From assembly GCA_946541745.1 (NCBI GenBank), contig CAMNJY010000001.1, positions 1-62,085 of the forward strand: a DNA stretch of 62,085 nt, read 5' to 3'. Below, piece by piece: positions 15,501 through 25,638 of this stretch; positions within the stretch are counted from its first letter, which is position 1; every line of letters begins with the position of its first letter. Origin of the DNA: an uncultured Prevotellaceae bacterium (GTDB taxonomy: Bacteria > Bacteroidota > Bacteroidia > Bacteroidales > Bacteroidaceae). Under the pieces are notes generated by a model. The model was not told the origin of the DNA, made no database searches, and was given only the letters and a program-made list of their open reading frames with translations. Made by a program: the position numbers and the translations under genes.

Positions 15501-17768
15501 CTAATCGTCGGCCAGTGTGAAGTCGAGCTGGCGCTTTTCGAGGTTGGCCCGTGCCACCTTGATGCGGACGGGGTCGCCCAGCTGGTACTTCACGTGGTGG
15601 CGGCGGCCGATGAGCTGGTAGTGGGCCTCGTCGAACTCGTAGTAGTCGCCCTTCAGGTCGTGTATGGGCACCATGCCCTCGCAGTGGTTCTCGTCAATCT
15701 CGACATAGATGCCGTAGGACTGTATGCCCGATATGTGACCGTCGTACACCTCGCCAATCTTGTCGGCCATAAACTCCACCATCTTGTACTTGATGCTGTC
15801 GCGCTCGGCGTTCTGTGCCGTCTGCTCCATCTCGCTGGCGTGCTCGCACAGTTCCTCGTAGTGCGCCTGATTGGCCGAGCGGCCGCCGTCCTGGTAGCGG
15901 GTCAGCAGACGGTGTACCATGGTGTCAGGGTAGCGGCGTATGGGCGAGGTGAAGTGGGTGTAGTAGTCGAAGGCCAGTCCGTAGTGGCCTATGTTGTGGG
16001 TAGAGTATTTGGCCTTCATCATGGCCCTCAGTGCCACGGTCTCTATGAGCTTCTGCTCTTTGGTGCCGGCGGCCTCGTCCATCAGGCTGTTCAGCGAGCG
16101 GCTGACGGCGCCCTTGGTGCCGGCGGTCTTCAGCTTGTAGCCGAAGGGTGCCACCACCTGGCGCAGGGCCTCCAGCTTCTGCGGGTCGGGCTGGTCGTGG
16201 ATGCGGTAGACGAAGGTCTTCTTTGGTTTACTATTTGCCGATTTGCTATTTGCTGTTTTGGTGGCTCCGATGCTCTCGGCCACGGTGCGGTTGGCCAGTA
16301 GCATGAACTCCTCGATGAGCTGCGTGGCGTCGGTCGACTTCTTGAAGTAGGCGCGGGTGGGGTGGCCCTCCTCGTCGATGTCGAAGTGCAGCTCCTCGCG
16401 GTCAAACTTCACCGCGCCGTTCTTGAACCTGCGCTCGCGCAACTTCTTGGCCAAAGCGTCGAGCGTGGTCAGCTGCAGGGCGTTCTCGCCCCGGCCGCTC
16501 TCCAGTATCTGCTGCACCTCCTCGTAGGCGTAGCGGCGGTCGCTGCGGATGACGGTATGGACTATGCGGAACGCCTTGACGTTGGCCTCGCTGTCCAGGG
16601 TGAAGATGACGCTGTAGCAGAGTTTCTCCTCGCCGGGCCGCAGCGAGCAGATGAAGTTGCAGAGCCGCTCAGGCAGCATGGGGATGGTGCGGTCTACCAG
16701 GTAGACGCTCGTGGCCCGTTTCTGTGCCTCCTTGTCGATGACGCTGTTCTCCTTGACGTAGTGGCTGACGTCGGCAATGTGGACGCCGACCTCAAAGAGA
16801 TTCGCCTCTACAGCCCCACCCCCGGCCCCTCCCGCTGGGGGGAGGGGAGTGGTATGTTGAGCGGCAGAGTAATTACTCCCCTCCCCCCAGCGGGAGGGGC
16901 CGGGGGTGGGGCTTAGGCTCCTGATGGACAGCGCGTCGTCGAAGTCCTTAGCGTCGGCGGGGTCGATGGTGCAGGTCCACACGTCGCGGAAATCCTCGCG
17001 GCGGGCTATCTCCTCGGGGGTGATGCCCGGCTCTATCTTCATAGCCGCCTCCTCCACGTGCCTGGGATACTTGTAGGGCAGGCCGTACTGCGCCAGGATG
17101 GCGTGCATCTCGACGTTGTTGTCGCCCTCCTTGCCTAACACGTCGATGACCTCGCCGACAATGTTCTTCGACTCCTTCGACGGCCACTGGGTAATCTTCA
17201 CCACCGCCTTTTCGCCGTCCTTGCCGCCCTTGAGCTTCTTCTTGGGTATGAGGATGTCATGTACGAAGATGTTGCCCTCGGTGATGAGGAATGCAAAGTC
17301 CTTCTCCACCTTCAGCTTGCCCACGGCCTGGTCGGTCTTGTGGCTCAGTATGTCGGTCACCATGGCCTCCTTGATGTGCTTCTCGCGGCGGGCCATGAGC
17401 GCCACGCGCACGCGGTCGCCGTTGAGGGCGAACATGGAGTTGCGCTCGCTGACGAAGATGGGCGTGCCGCCGCCGTCGGGCAGGAACGTGTTCTTGCCGT
17501 TGGCCTTGCGGATGAAGGTGCCCTCCTGCACCTGGCCTTTCTGATTCAGCCGGTACTGATTGTCGCCCACCTTGCTGAGGTAGTCGTCCCAGCACATTTC
17601 GTCGAGGGCGTCAATGGCCAGCATCTTGGCGGGGTGCGTGGTCAGCTTCAGTGCGCGGAATATGTACTTCAGCGAGAATGTTTCGTTTGGACTCGCCGTG
17701 AACAGCCCCTGCAGGGCCTCGGCCACGGCGCGCTTTGACAGCCGTGTTCCTCCGTTCTTCTTTCCCAT
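15501..17768 (-). CDS. rnr: Ribonuclease R
   Basis: Cold-shock domains, TIDPADAKDFDDAL catalytic motif, VHIADVSHYV, IEEFMLLAN, YTHFTSPIRRYPD, C-terminal S1 domain. Confidence 0.97.
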   Translation of the reverse strand: MGKKNGGTRLSKRAVAEALQGLFTASPNETFSLKYIFRALKLTTHPAKMLAIDALDEMCWDDYLSKVGDNQYRLNQKGQVQEGTFIRKANGKNTFLPDGGGTPIFVSERNSMFALNGDRVRVALMARREKHIKEAMVTDILSHKTDQAVGKLKVEKDFAFLITEGNIFVHDILIPKKKLKGGKDGEKAVVKITQWPSKESKNIVGEVIDVLGKEGDNNVEMHAILAQYGLPYKYPRHVEEAAMKIEPGITPEEIARREDFRDVWTCTIDPADAKDFDDALSIRSLSPTPGPSRWGEGSNYSAAQHTTPLPPAGGAGGGAVEANLFEVGVHIADVSHYVKENSVIDKEAQKRATSVYLVDRTIPMLPERLCNFICSLRPGEEKLCYSVIFTLDSEANVKAFRIVHTVIRSDRRYAYEEVQQILESGRGENALQLTTLDALAKKLRERRFKNGAVKFDREELHFDIDEEGHPTRAYFKKSTDATQLIEEFMLLANRTVAESIGATKTANSKSANSKPKKTFVYRIHDQPDPQKLEALRQVVAPFGYKLKTAGTKGAVSRSLNSLMDEAAGTKEQKLIETVALRAMMKAKYSTHNIGHYGLAFDYYTHFTSPIRRYPDTMVHRLLTRYQDGGRSANQAHYEELCEHASEMEQTAQNAERDSIKYKMVEFMADKIGEVYDGHISGIQSYGIYVEIDENHCEGMVPIHDLKGDYYEFDEAHYQLIGRRHHVKYQLGDPVRIKVARANLEKRQLDFTLADD
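16812..16913. mobile_element. REPIN/MITE-like 102-bp element: perfect 39-bp inverted repeats around a 24-bp spacer, in-frame within rnr
   Basis: AGCCCCACCCCCGGCCCCTCCCGCTGGGGGGAGGGGAGT (16812-16850) and its exact reverse complement (16875-16913); adds 34 codons. Confidence 0.8.
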
Positions 17769-17794
17769 AGTCTTGCTCTTTTAGGTTTTTACGG

Positions 17795-17916
17795 CAAAGT
17801 TAGTGTTTTTTTCCGAAGTTGCCAAGTTTTTTTTCCACATTTAAATATTTATAGTAGCAAAGAATAAAAAAAGTGGGTAAAAGATGAGGAAGAAACAGGA
17901 AAAAATTGTAAATTTG
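17795..17916. promoter_or_regulatory. Divergent promoters for rnr and the second susC
   Basis: TAACTTTG on the - strand at 17795-17802 and TAAATTTG on the + strand at 17909-17916, within an AT-rich spacer. Confidence 0.55.
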
Positions 17917-17940
17917 CAACCATCTAACCTAACAATTACC

Positions 17941-20613
17941 ATGACAGAGAAAAGATACCGGGCCGTAGTGCTGGCTTTGACATTTACAGCCACACTTACG
18001 GCCCAGCCCGAAAGTCGCGATACCACTGCCATCCGCGTAGGCTACACCGGTGTCAGCAGCAGCACCCTGGCCGGTGCCGTCGACAAGGTCACCACCGAGC
18101 GGATGAACAAGGGACTGGTCACCTCGTCGCTCGGTGCCCTCAGCGGACAGTCGGCGGGTGTCAGCGTCGTCACCGGCGTCAACCAGGAGGCCATGGTGTC
18201 GGCCGTCCGTGTGCGCGGCACCACCTCGCTCACCGGCGGCAACGACCCGCTGGTCATCATCGACGGCGTGACCTCCGACCTCACCACGCTGTCGACCATC
18301 TATCCTGCTGACATCGAGAGCTTCACCATCCTGAAAGACGCCTCCGAGACGTCGCAGTACGGCAGCCGCGGAGCGGCGGGCGTCATAGAGGTGGCCACGA
18401 AAAAGGGCCACGGACAGCAGTTCCACATATCGTATGACGGCACGGTAGGCTTTGAGCGCATCTACAAGCGCATCGACATGCTCAGCGGCCCCCAGTTCCG
18501 CCAGGCGGCGGCCGACCTGGGCATCAGCATCACGGACCGCGGGGCCGACACCGACTTCAGCCGCAGCATAGAGCGCACAGGGTTCGTACAGCACCACCAC
18601 ATCGCCTTCGGCGGCGGTTCCGAGAGTGCCAACTACCGCGCCTCCATCGGCGTGATGGACCACCGGACGGTTATCAGAAACAACAACTTTGCCAACTACA
18701 CGGCCAAGCTCAACGTCACCCAGCGCGCCTTCGACGACCATCTGACGGTAGACCTCGGCGTGTTCGGCTCGCTGCAAAAGAACGACATGCTGCCCTTCCT
18801 GCAGAAGCTGGTGTTCTCAAGCGATACGTTCAACCCCACCTTTCCCGACGGCACCAACAGCCAGGGTGGCTTTGACCAGGTGCCGGAGGCCGCATGGATC
18901 AGCAATCCCAACGCGCTGATGAAGATGCAGCAGGACGAGGACAACGGCCACCTCAATGTACACATGAATGCCACGGCACTGCTGGCCAGGGGGCTGAAGT
19001 TGCGCGCCTTTGCATCCTACTCCTACAACAGCGTCGGCGGTGCCCACTACTATCCCACCATCGTGTGGAGCCACGGCGAGGCCTACCGCCGTCACGACAA
19101 GCATGAGGAGCTGCTGGGCAACCTCTCGTTAGACTACACCTTCAGGACGGGGCCCTCGGCCCTCAACCTTATGGCGCTGGCAGAGACGGGCAGCACCAAG
19201 GACAAGGGCTTCTTCACCACCGTCACGGGCTTCTCGACCGATGCCTTCGGCTACGACAAACTGTCGGCAGGCGCCGTCACCCTGTGGGACGGCACCGACT
19301 CCTACTACACCGACTCGCACATGGAGTCGTTTCTGCTACACGGCCAGTACACCCTCCTGGACCGCTACACACTGACACTCAACGGACGCGCCGACGCCTC
19401 GTCGAAGGTGGGCCGCAACCACCGGTGGGGCTTCTTCCCCAGTGTCAGCGCCGCCTGGGTCATCAGCAAGGAGCGGTGGATGAAGGCGTTCGGATTCGTG
19501 TCGAACGCCAAGCTCAGGCTGGGCTACGGCCTCTCGGGCAACCTCGGCGGCATAGACTCCTACAACTCGCTGATGCTGGTGCAGCCCAACGGCGTAGTGC
19601 CCGTCGACGGCATGCCCGTGGTCACGCTGGGCCCCATCCGCAATGCCAACCCCGACCTGAAGTGGGAGGTGAAGCGCACCTTCAACGTGGGCTTCGACCT
19701 GACATTCTGGGACGGGCGCATCGCGCTGGCCGTTGACCACTACCGCTCGCGCACCACCGACATGCTCTACGTCTACGACGTGCCCGTGCCGCCGTTCACC
19801 TACAGCAAGTTGCTGGCCAACCTGGGCACCATGCGCAACTCGGGACTGGAGGTGGGGTTTGGCGTCACCCCACTGCTCACCAAGGACGTGTCGCTGACGG
19901 TGAACATGAACTGGACCTTTGAGCGCAACAAGCTGGTGTCGCTCAACGGCTATTACAACGGACAGTATCTCACTACCCCCCAGATGAAGGGCATAGCGAG
20001 CCTCTGGGGACCGGGATTCCACGGCGGCAGCGATGTCGTCACCCAGATTGTGGGCGAGCCGCTGGGCATGTTCTACCTGCCCCACTGCAAGGGGCTGACG
20101 ACTGACAAGGACGGCTTCAGGCACTACGACGTGACCGACGAGAGGTATATCTGCGGACAGGCAACGCCGAAGGCCATGGTGGGCTCCAACGTGGCACTGC
20201 GTTTCCGCCAGCTCGACCTCACGCTACAGCTGAACGGCGCCTTCGGCCACAAAATCTATAACGGCACGGCACTGACCTACAACAACCTGCTGTCGCTGCC
20301 CAACTACAACGTCATGGAGGGTGCCCCCGAAAAGCGCATCGCCGACCAGACCATCAGCGACTACTGGCTCGAACGCGGCGACTACGTCAACATAGACTAC
20401 GTCACGCTGGGCTGGAACGTGCCCCTACGCTCGCGCCACGTGCAGTCGATGCGTGTTTCAGCATCGGTCAACAACCTGGCCACCATCACCGGCTATAGCG
20501 GACTCACACCAATGATTAACTCCAGCGTGGTCAACGCCACGCTCGGCATTGACGACAAACTCTCCATACCCGTCTACAGGTCCTACACTGTAGGCCTGAG
20601 CATACAGTTCTAA
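17941..20613 (+). CDS. susC: SusC/RagA TonB-dependent transporter, short form lacking the N-terminal CarboxypepD_reg-like domain
   Basis: VRVRGTTSLTGGNDPLVIIDG, LKDASETSQYGSRGAAGVIEVATK, NPDLKWE, C-terminal F. Start set at ATG 17941, downstream of the promoter box. Confidence 0.93.
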   Translation: MTEKRYRAVVLALTFTATLTAQPESRDTTAIRVGYTGVSSSTLAGAVDKVTTERMNKGLVTSSLGALSGQSAGVSVVTGVNQEAMVSAVRVRGTTSLTGGNDPLVIIDGVTSDLTTLSTIYPADIESFTILKDASETSQYGSRGAAGVIEVATKKGHGQQFHISYDGTVGFERIYKRIDMLSGPQFRQAAADLGISITDRGADTDFSRSIERTGFVQHHHIAFGGGSESANYRASIGVMDHRTVIRNNNFANYTAKLNVTQRAFDDHLTVDLGVFGSLQKNDMLPFLQKLVFSSDTFNPTFPDGTNSQGGFDQVPEAAWISNPNALMKMQQDEDNGHLNVHMNATALLARGLKLRAFASYSYNSVGGAHYYPTIVWSHGEAYRRHDKHEELLGNLSLDYTFRTGPSALNLMALAETGSTKDKGFFTTVTGFSTDAFGYDKLSAGAVTLWDGTDSYYTDSHMESFLLHGQYTLLDRYTLTLNGRADASSKVGRNHRWGFFPSVSAAWVISKERWMKAFGFVSNAKLRLGYGLSGNLGGIDSYNSLMLVQPNGVVPVDGMPVVTLGPIRNANPDLKWEVKRTFNVGFDLTFWDGRIALAVDHYRSRTTDMLYVYDVPVPPFTYSKLLANLGTMRNSGLEVGFGVTPLLTKDVSLTVNMNWTFERNKLVSLNGYYNGQYLTTPQMKGIASLWGPGFHGGSDVVTQIVGEPLGMFYLPHCKGLTTDKDGFRHYDVTDERYICGQATPKAMVGSNVALRFRQLDLTLQLNGAFGHKIYNGTALTYNNLLSLPNYNVMEGAPEKRIADQTISDYWLERGDYVNIDYVTLGWNVPLRSRHVQSMRVSASVNNLATITGYSGLTPMINSSVVNATLGIDDKLSIPVYRSYTVGLSIQF

Positions 20614-20640
20614 GATTGAGATAATGAGAGACAGAGAAAA

Positions 20641-22278
20641 ATGAGACGTTTTCACCTTTTTACCTTTTTACCCTTTCACCTTTTCGTCTTTTCACTCCTC
20701 CTCGCCGCCTGCTCACTCGACGAGGAGCCGCGCGACCAGATACCCGAGGAGGAGGCCTACACCACGCCCAAGGCACTCTACCTGAACACCGTGGCCTTGC
20801 TCTACAACTACATCGGCGGAGCCACCGACGGCCAGGGACTGCAGGGCACCTGCCGCGGTATCTACGACCTGCAGACCTTCGGGGCCGACGAGGCCTTCCT
20901 GCCCAAGCGCGGAGGCGACTGGTACGACGGCGGACTCTGGCAGGCCATGTACTGCCACTCGTGGGATGCCGGCAACGAGATTGTCAAGAACGCATGGCTG
21001 TATCTCTACAAGGTCATCACGCTCTGCAACCGCTCGCTCGAAATCCTCAGCCGGTACCAGAACGAGGGACGGCTCGACATTGACAGCTCCACCTACGCGG
21101 ACTGGCAGGCTGAGATACGCGCCCTGAGGGCCATCTACTTCTGGCAGCTCATCGACCTCTTCGGCGGCGTGCCCATGATTACCACCACGGATGTGTCCAT
21201 TGCCGACATGGAAATCTCTACACGGCGCGATGTCTACATCTTCATACTGAAGGAACTCACGCAGGCGGTGCCCCGCCTCTCGGTAGGCAACAGCGCCAGC
21301 CCGGGCGAGTTCTACGGGCGCGTGACCCGCGGCGTGGCTTACTTCGTACTGGCCAAGCTCATGCTCAATGCCGAGGTCTATCTCGACACCGACCCCACCG
21401 ACGACCAGCTTGTCGACGGCTCGCAGATCAACTTCTCGATAGACAACGAGACCGTGAACGCATGGGAGGCCGCCGTCTACTATTGCACTGAGCTCGAGGC
21501 CATGGGCTACCGACTGGAAGACGACTACGAGGCCAACTTCAGCGTCTACAACGAGAACAGCCGGGAGAACATTTGGACCATCCCCATGGACAAATACCTG
21601 TACACCAACCAGATGCAGTACATGTTCCGCTCATGGCACTACCTGCATGCCGCCGCCTACGGCTTCTCGGCAGAGAACGGCACCTGCGCCACTCCCCATG
21701 CCCTGGCATCTTTCTTCTCGACGGGAAGAATCGACTCGCGGTTCTATGCCAATTTCTATTCAGGAACGGTGATAGTCGACAATAAGGTGGTGACCGACCG
21801 CACAGGGCAGCCGCTGTTCTACTATCCCGAGGATGCCGACATAGACGTCAGCAACAAGCCCTTCGTGGAGACCGCCGGCGCACGCATGAAGAAATACGAG
21901 GTAGACCGCAACGCGCTGAAAGACGGCAAGCTCATCGACAACGACATCGTGCTCTTCCGCTATGCCGACGTGAAGCTGATGCGTGCCGAGGCGCTCATCC
22001 GCAACGGGCAGTCAGGCCAGGCAGACTACGACGACGTACGCACAAGGGCCCACATGGAACTGCGGCAGGCAACGCTCGATAACCTGTTGGAGGAGCGGCT
22101 CATGGAGCTCTTCTGGGAGGGCTGGCGCCGCCAGGACCTCATACGCTTCGGCCGCTACCACAGCCTCTACCAGGGCAACGATGCCGTTGACGAGAGCGAC
22201 GGCCACACGACCGTCTTCCCCATTCCCGCCGACGTCATCAACACCAGCCCCAACCTGAAGCAGAACCCCGGCTACTAA
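20641..22278 (+). CDS. susD: SusD/RagB family lipoprotein
   Basis: Lipobox LAAC, EIRALRA, LAKLMLNAEVY, FRYADV.LMRAEA, ERLMELFWEGWRRQDLIRFG, LKQNPGY. Confidence 0.95.
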   Translation: MRRFHLFTFLPFHLFVFSLLLAACSLDEEPRDQIPEEEAYTTPKALYLNTVALLYNYIGGATDGQGLQGTCRGIYDLQTFGADEAFLPKRGGDWYDGGLWQAMYCHSWDAGNEIVKNAWLYLYKVITLCNRSLEILSRYQNEGRLDIDSSTYADWQAEIRALRAIYFWQLIDLFGGVPMITTTDVSIADMEISTRRDVYIFILKELTQAVPRLSVGNSASPGEFYGRVTRGVAYFVLAKLMLNAEVYLDTDPTDDQLVDGSQINFSIDNETVNAWEAAVYYCTELEAMGYRLEDDYEANFSVYNENSRENIWTIPMDKYLYTNQMQYMFRSWHYLHAAAYGFSAENGTCATPHALASFFSTGRIDSRFYANFYSGTVIVDNKVVTDRTGQPLFYYPEDADIDVSNKPFVETAGARMKKYEVDRNALKDGKLIDNDIVLFRYADVKLMRAEALIRNGQSGQADYDDVRTRAHMELRQATLDNLLEERLMELFWEGWRRQDLIRFGRYHSLYQGNDAVDESDGHTTVFPIPADVINTSPNLKQNPGY

Positions 22279-22302
22279 GTCCGCATCAAGGAGATATATT
22301 TT

Positions 22303-23253
22303 ATGATTACCATGACAGTCAAAGAAGTGTTTGAACTGCGAAAGCAGGGACGGATAGAGGAGGCATACGAGATTATACGCCCGATGTATGCCGTACATAA
22401 AGGGAAGTACACCACGCTCTGCATGTTCTGGACGGCGAGCGACATACTGAAAAAGCGAGTCGGCGAGCAGCGCTGTGACGAGGCGGTGAAGATATTCCAG
22501 GCCCTGCTGAGAATACTGCCCTCGATAGACGACCACGACGGTAAGGCGCATAGCAGCATCTATTACGAGGCCGTGACCCTGGCAAAGGAGGCTAAGGGAA
22601 AGTTTAGCATGCTCGACTTCGTAGGGCAGTTGAAGATAGAGGAACTGCGCCCTGACGACTGGAAGACCATCGTCGCTCCACCCGTCGACGGCAGGCCGGG
22701 CCATCCCGTTCCGTCGGTGGCGCAGCAAATGCTGACCTGCGCTTTCCATGAGATACAGGAAAGCCCCACACCTGACAATGCACTGAAGGCGATGCCGCTG
22801 TTGCAGGAAGCGTTGCGCCGCCATCCGTACGACAAGGGCAGCCTGCGCTGTCAGGCTGCCGTCTACCGTATCATGGGTGAGCGGGAGAAGGCTGCTGCCG
22901 TCTACGGGCAACTGCTTGTGCGCCACCACGACAGCTACCTTTACGCCGAGTTGGCAGAGCTTACCGACGACCCCGGCAGGAAAGCGGCCCTCTATTGTCA
23001 GGCCATTCAGAATCAGAAGCAGGAGAAGTTCCGTACGGGTTACCGCCTCGAACTGGCCCGTCTGTTGCTGGAGCGTGATAGGCCGAAGGCCGCCTGCGAG
23101 TTGTACAAATGCGTCGCCGCCCGCAAGGCTCAGGGGCATGGCGTTACCCGCGACATACAGCAGATGCTGCAGCAGCTACAGGGTGTCGCCCCCGCCACCG
23201 ATGCTGAGCAGCAGGTGTTTTACCGCAGAATGGCAGCCAAGTATCTTGCCTGA
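22303..23253 (+). CDS. Hypothetical all-helical (TPR-like) protein
   Basis: 316-aa ORF with repeated amphipathic helices (EA..I...L, A...Y..LL) and no signal peptide. Confidence 0.7.
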   Translation: MITMTVKEVFELRKQGRIEEAYEIIRPMYAVHKGKYTTLCMFWTASDILKKRVGEQRCDEAVKIFQALLRILPSIDDHDGKAHSSIYYEAVTLAKEAKGKFSMLDFVGQLKIEELRPDDWKTIVAPPVDGRPGHPVPSVAQQMLTCAFHEIQESPTPDNALKAMPLLQEALRRHPYDKGSLRCQAAVYRIMGEREKAAAVYGQLLVRHHDSYLYAELAELTDDPGRKAALYCQAIQNQKQEKFRTGYRLELARLLLERDRPKAACELYKCVAARKAQGHGVTRDIQQMLQQLQGVAPATDAEQQVFYRRMAAKYLA

Positions 23254-23276
23254 GTTATACTGGGCTGCAACAAGAA

Positions 23277-23309
23277 GAGAAGGCCGCGTCGTCACGACGC
23301 AGCCTTCTC
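23277..23309. terminator. Stem-loop between convergent genes
   Basis: GAGAAGGCCGCGTCG / CGACGCAGCCTTCTC, one mismatch. Confidence 0.6.
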
Positions 23310-23391
23310 CGGGAAAATACAATGCTATATAACTACTGTATAACTAAACTATATTGTATTCTTTTTCACAGCGACAGTCCGTGGTGTGGGC

Positions 23392-25530
23392 TTAGTAACC
23401 GGGGTTCTGCCATGCCTTCTTCTCGGCGTCGGAGAGATTGGAGCCGTCAGGGTTCTGCAGCGTGTCGATGAACTTCTGCGGAATGGGGCGATACTCGTGC
23501 TTGCCGGCGGTGATGTTGGGCGCAGCCTCGGGGTTGAAAGCCTTGGCACGCTTTACGAGCAGTCCGGCGCGTGAGAGTTCATCCCAGCGGTTCCACTCGC
23601 CAAGCAGCTCGCGGGTACGCTCGTTGAAGATGAAGTTGAGCATGCGGTCGTAGTCGCTCGTGGCCCCGACGGCCTTCAGAATAGCCTCGTCCTCGGCAGG
23701 CAGCTGGGCATAGCTCTTGATCTGCAGGTCGGAGGCGTCGGTGGTCTGGTCGATGCCGGTGGAGAGGTAGTAGGTGTTGCGATGGGTCATCGATACGCGG
23801 TAGGCATCGGCATTGGTGAGCGTCTTGCCAGCCTTGTCCTTGTTCTTCTTCGGCGTGGTAGAGTTGGCCGTACTGTTGTCCTTCATGCCCCCGTCGGCAG
23901 TGAGGAAGGCCATGGAGCCGTCGGTGTAGTAGCTGCGGTCCTCGCCTTGCTTCCACTGGCCGCGGGCACGTAGTACGTTGACCGTCGTGATGGCGTCCTG
24001 ATACTGTCCCAGTCGCACCTGTGCCTCGGCCTTGACGAGATAGGTCTCGCCGGTGCGGGCCATGATGACGTCGCGGTGGGCGTCGCCCTTCTCGCCGGTA
24101 CGCGAGCCGTCAGCCGTCTTGTTGATGCCGCAGAACACGTTGGAGGCGGACGGGTTGCCGGTATAGCTGTTGAGCACATACTTGCCATTCTGGAAGGTGA
24201 CGAAGGCGTTGGGCACCCACTTGCCGGTCATCGGGTTGACGAAGTTGTGGACATCGCCGCCGCGTCCGAAGGTGCCGTAGGGGTTGCCGTCGAAACGGTG
24301 GTCATCCTTCCGGTTGAGGATGAAGATGATGCCTTCGTCGCCCAGGTCGGGCAGCTGGTCGGCGGTGATGCCGTTGACCGACATCACGTCGGCATCGCTC
24401 TTGGCGGCATTGTTCAGGCCGTAGACGGTCTTGAAGGTCTTCCACATGCGGGCGTCGTTGACGTTGTCAAACACCGAGTAGGTGTACTCCGTGGGACGGC
24501 AGCGCTGGAAGTCCATGCCGCCGATGTACTGGCCGCGCTGCACCCAGCCTCCTGAGAAGTTGGAGAACTGCGGGTCGAAGTAGTTGTAGGTACGGTTGCC
24601 GAAGCGTCCCTGGGTGGTGTTGTCCTCGTTGTGCTCGGCCGCCATCAGGATTTCAGAGAGTCCTTCGTTGAGGCAGTCCACGCCTGTCCAGCGGGCATAC
24701 AGGTCCCAGTAGTCGGGAGCCAGGGGGCAGGCGCCGATGACCTCGTCGCAGAGCTGGATGACGCGGTTCAGGTCGGCACTCTTGTCGTACTTGCCGGCCC
24801 ACGATGCGCAGCGCTCCGACTGGCGGTAGAGCAGAGCCTTGGCCAGGAAGTGGGCTGCGGTGTAGCGGGTCCAGGTGCCGTTGCCGCGCCACTTGTCGGT
24901 GGGCAGCATCTGGTAGGCCGCCTCGAAGTCGGCGATGACCTGGCTGAGCACCTCATCCTCCGAGGCACGCTGGTAGTTCTTTTTCACTGTGCCGTTGGCA
25001 GGCTCGGTCTCGAGCACCACGCCGCCGTACTGTGCAAACAGGCGGTAGTAGTTGTAGCCACGCAGGAAGTGGGCCTCGCCGAGGGCTTTGTTGCGGGCGT
25101 CCTCATTGCTCACGTTGTCGGCCTTGCTGATGATGAGGTTGGCCGTGGATATGCCGTAGTACATCTGGTCCCAGAGCGCCGACACGGCGGGGCAGTTCTT
25201 GTTGGCCGCGCCGAGGGCCGGCGTGAGGTCCTGCGGGTTGAGACGGTTGTCGTAGGTGTTCCAGCACTCCGAGGTGAGGTCGGCACCGTTGGTGAACTCG
25301 TCGCATCCGTAGAGGGTGATGCCGTAGGCCCACTCGTAGCCGAAGTGCCAGCGTATGTTGGCATAGAGGCCTGCTGCCATCTGCAGGGCTCCGGCTTCTT
25401 CTTCCAGCAGGGCATCGGAGTAGAGATGGCCTGCGTCTTCCTTGAGGAACTCGCTGCTGCACGAGGTCGTGCCCATCAAGGCCAGCATCGACAGCGCGCC
25501 GCACACTATTTTATTGCTGATATATCTCAT
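23392..25530 (-). CDS. susD: SusD/RagB family lipoprotein
   Basis: Lipobox TTSC, GEAHFLRGYNYYRL, R.GETYL..AEA, NERTRELLGE..RW, WQNPGY. Confidence 0.95.
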   Translation of the reverse strand: MRYISNKIVCGALSMLALMGTTSCSSEFLKEDAGHLYSDALLEEEAGALQMAAGLYANIRWHFGYEWAYGITLYGCDEFTNGADLTSECWNTYDNRLNPQDLTPALGAANKNCPAVSALWDQMYYGISTANLIISKADNVSNEDARNKALGEAHFLRGYNYYRLFAQYGGVVLETEPANGTVKKNYQRASEDEVLSQVIADFEAAYQMLPTDKWRGNGTWTRYTAAHFLAKALLYRQSERCASWAGKYDKSADLNRVIQLCDEVIGACPLAPDYWDLYARWTGVDCLNEGLSEILMAAEHNEDNTTQGRFGNRTYNYFDPQFSNFSGGWVQRGQYIGGMDFQRCRPTEYTYSVFDNVNDARMWKTFKTVYGLNNAAKSDADVMSVNGITADQLPDLGDEGIIFILNRKDDHRFDGNPYGTFGRGGDVHNFVNPMTGKWVPNAFVTFQNGKYVLNSYTGNPSASNVFCGINKTADGSRTGEKGDAHRDVIMARTGETYLVKAEAQVRLGQYQDAITTVNVLRARGQWKQGEDRSYYTDGSMAFLTADGGMKDNSTANSTTPKKNKDKAGKTLTNADAYRVSMTHRNTYYLSTGIDQTTDASDLQIKSYAQLPAEDEAILKAVGATSDYDRMLNFIFNERTRELLGEWNRWDELSRAGLLVKRAKAFNPEAAPNITAGKHEYRPIPQKFIDTLQNPDGSNLSDAEKKAWQNPGY

Positions 25531-25533
25531 ATT

Positions 25534-25637
25534 ATTTACGATTTTACGATTTACGATTTACTATTTATTTACGATTTAGCTATGTAGCTATTTCGGCGGT
25601 AGCAAATTCTTCATTCTTCACTCTTCATTCTTCACTT
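25534..25637. repeat. Two heptamer repeat tracts, (TTTACGA)n and (TTCA[T/C]TC)n
   Basis: Directly visible in the susC-susD spacer. Confidence 0.85.
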
Positions 25638-25638
25638 A

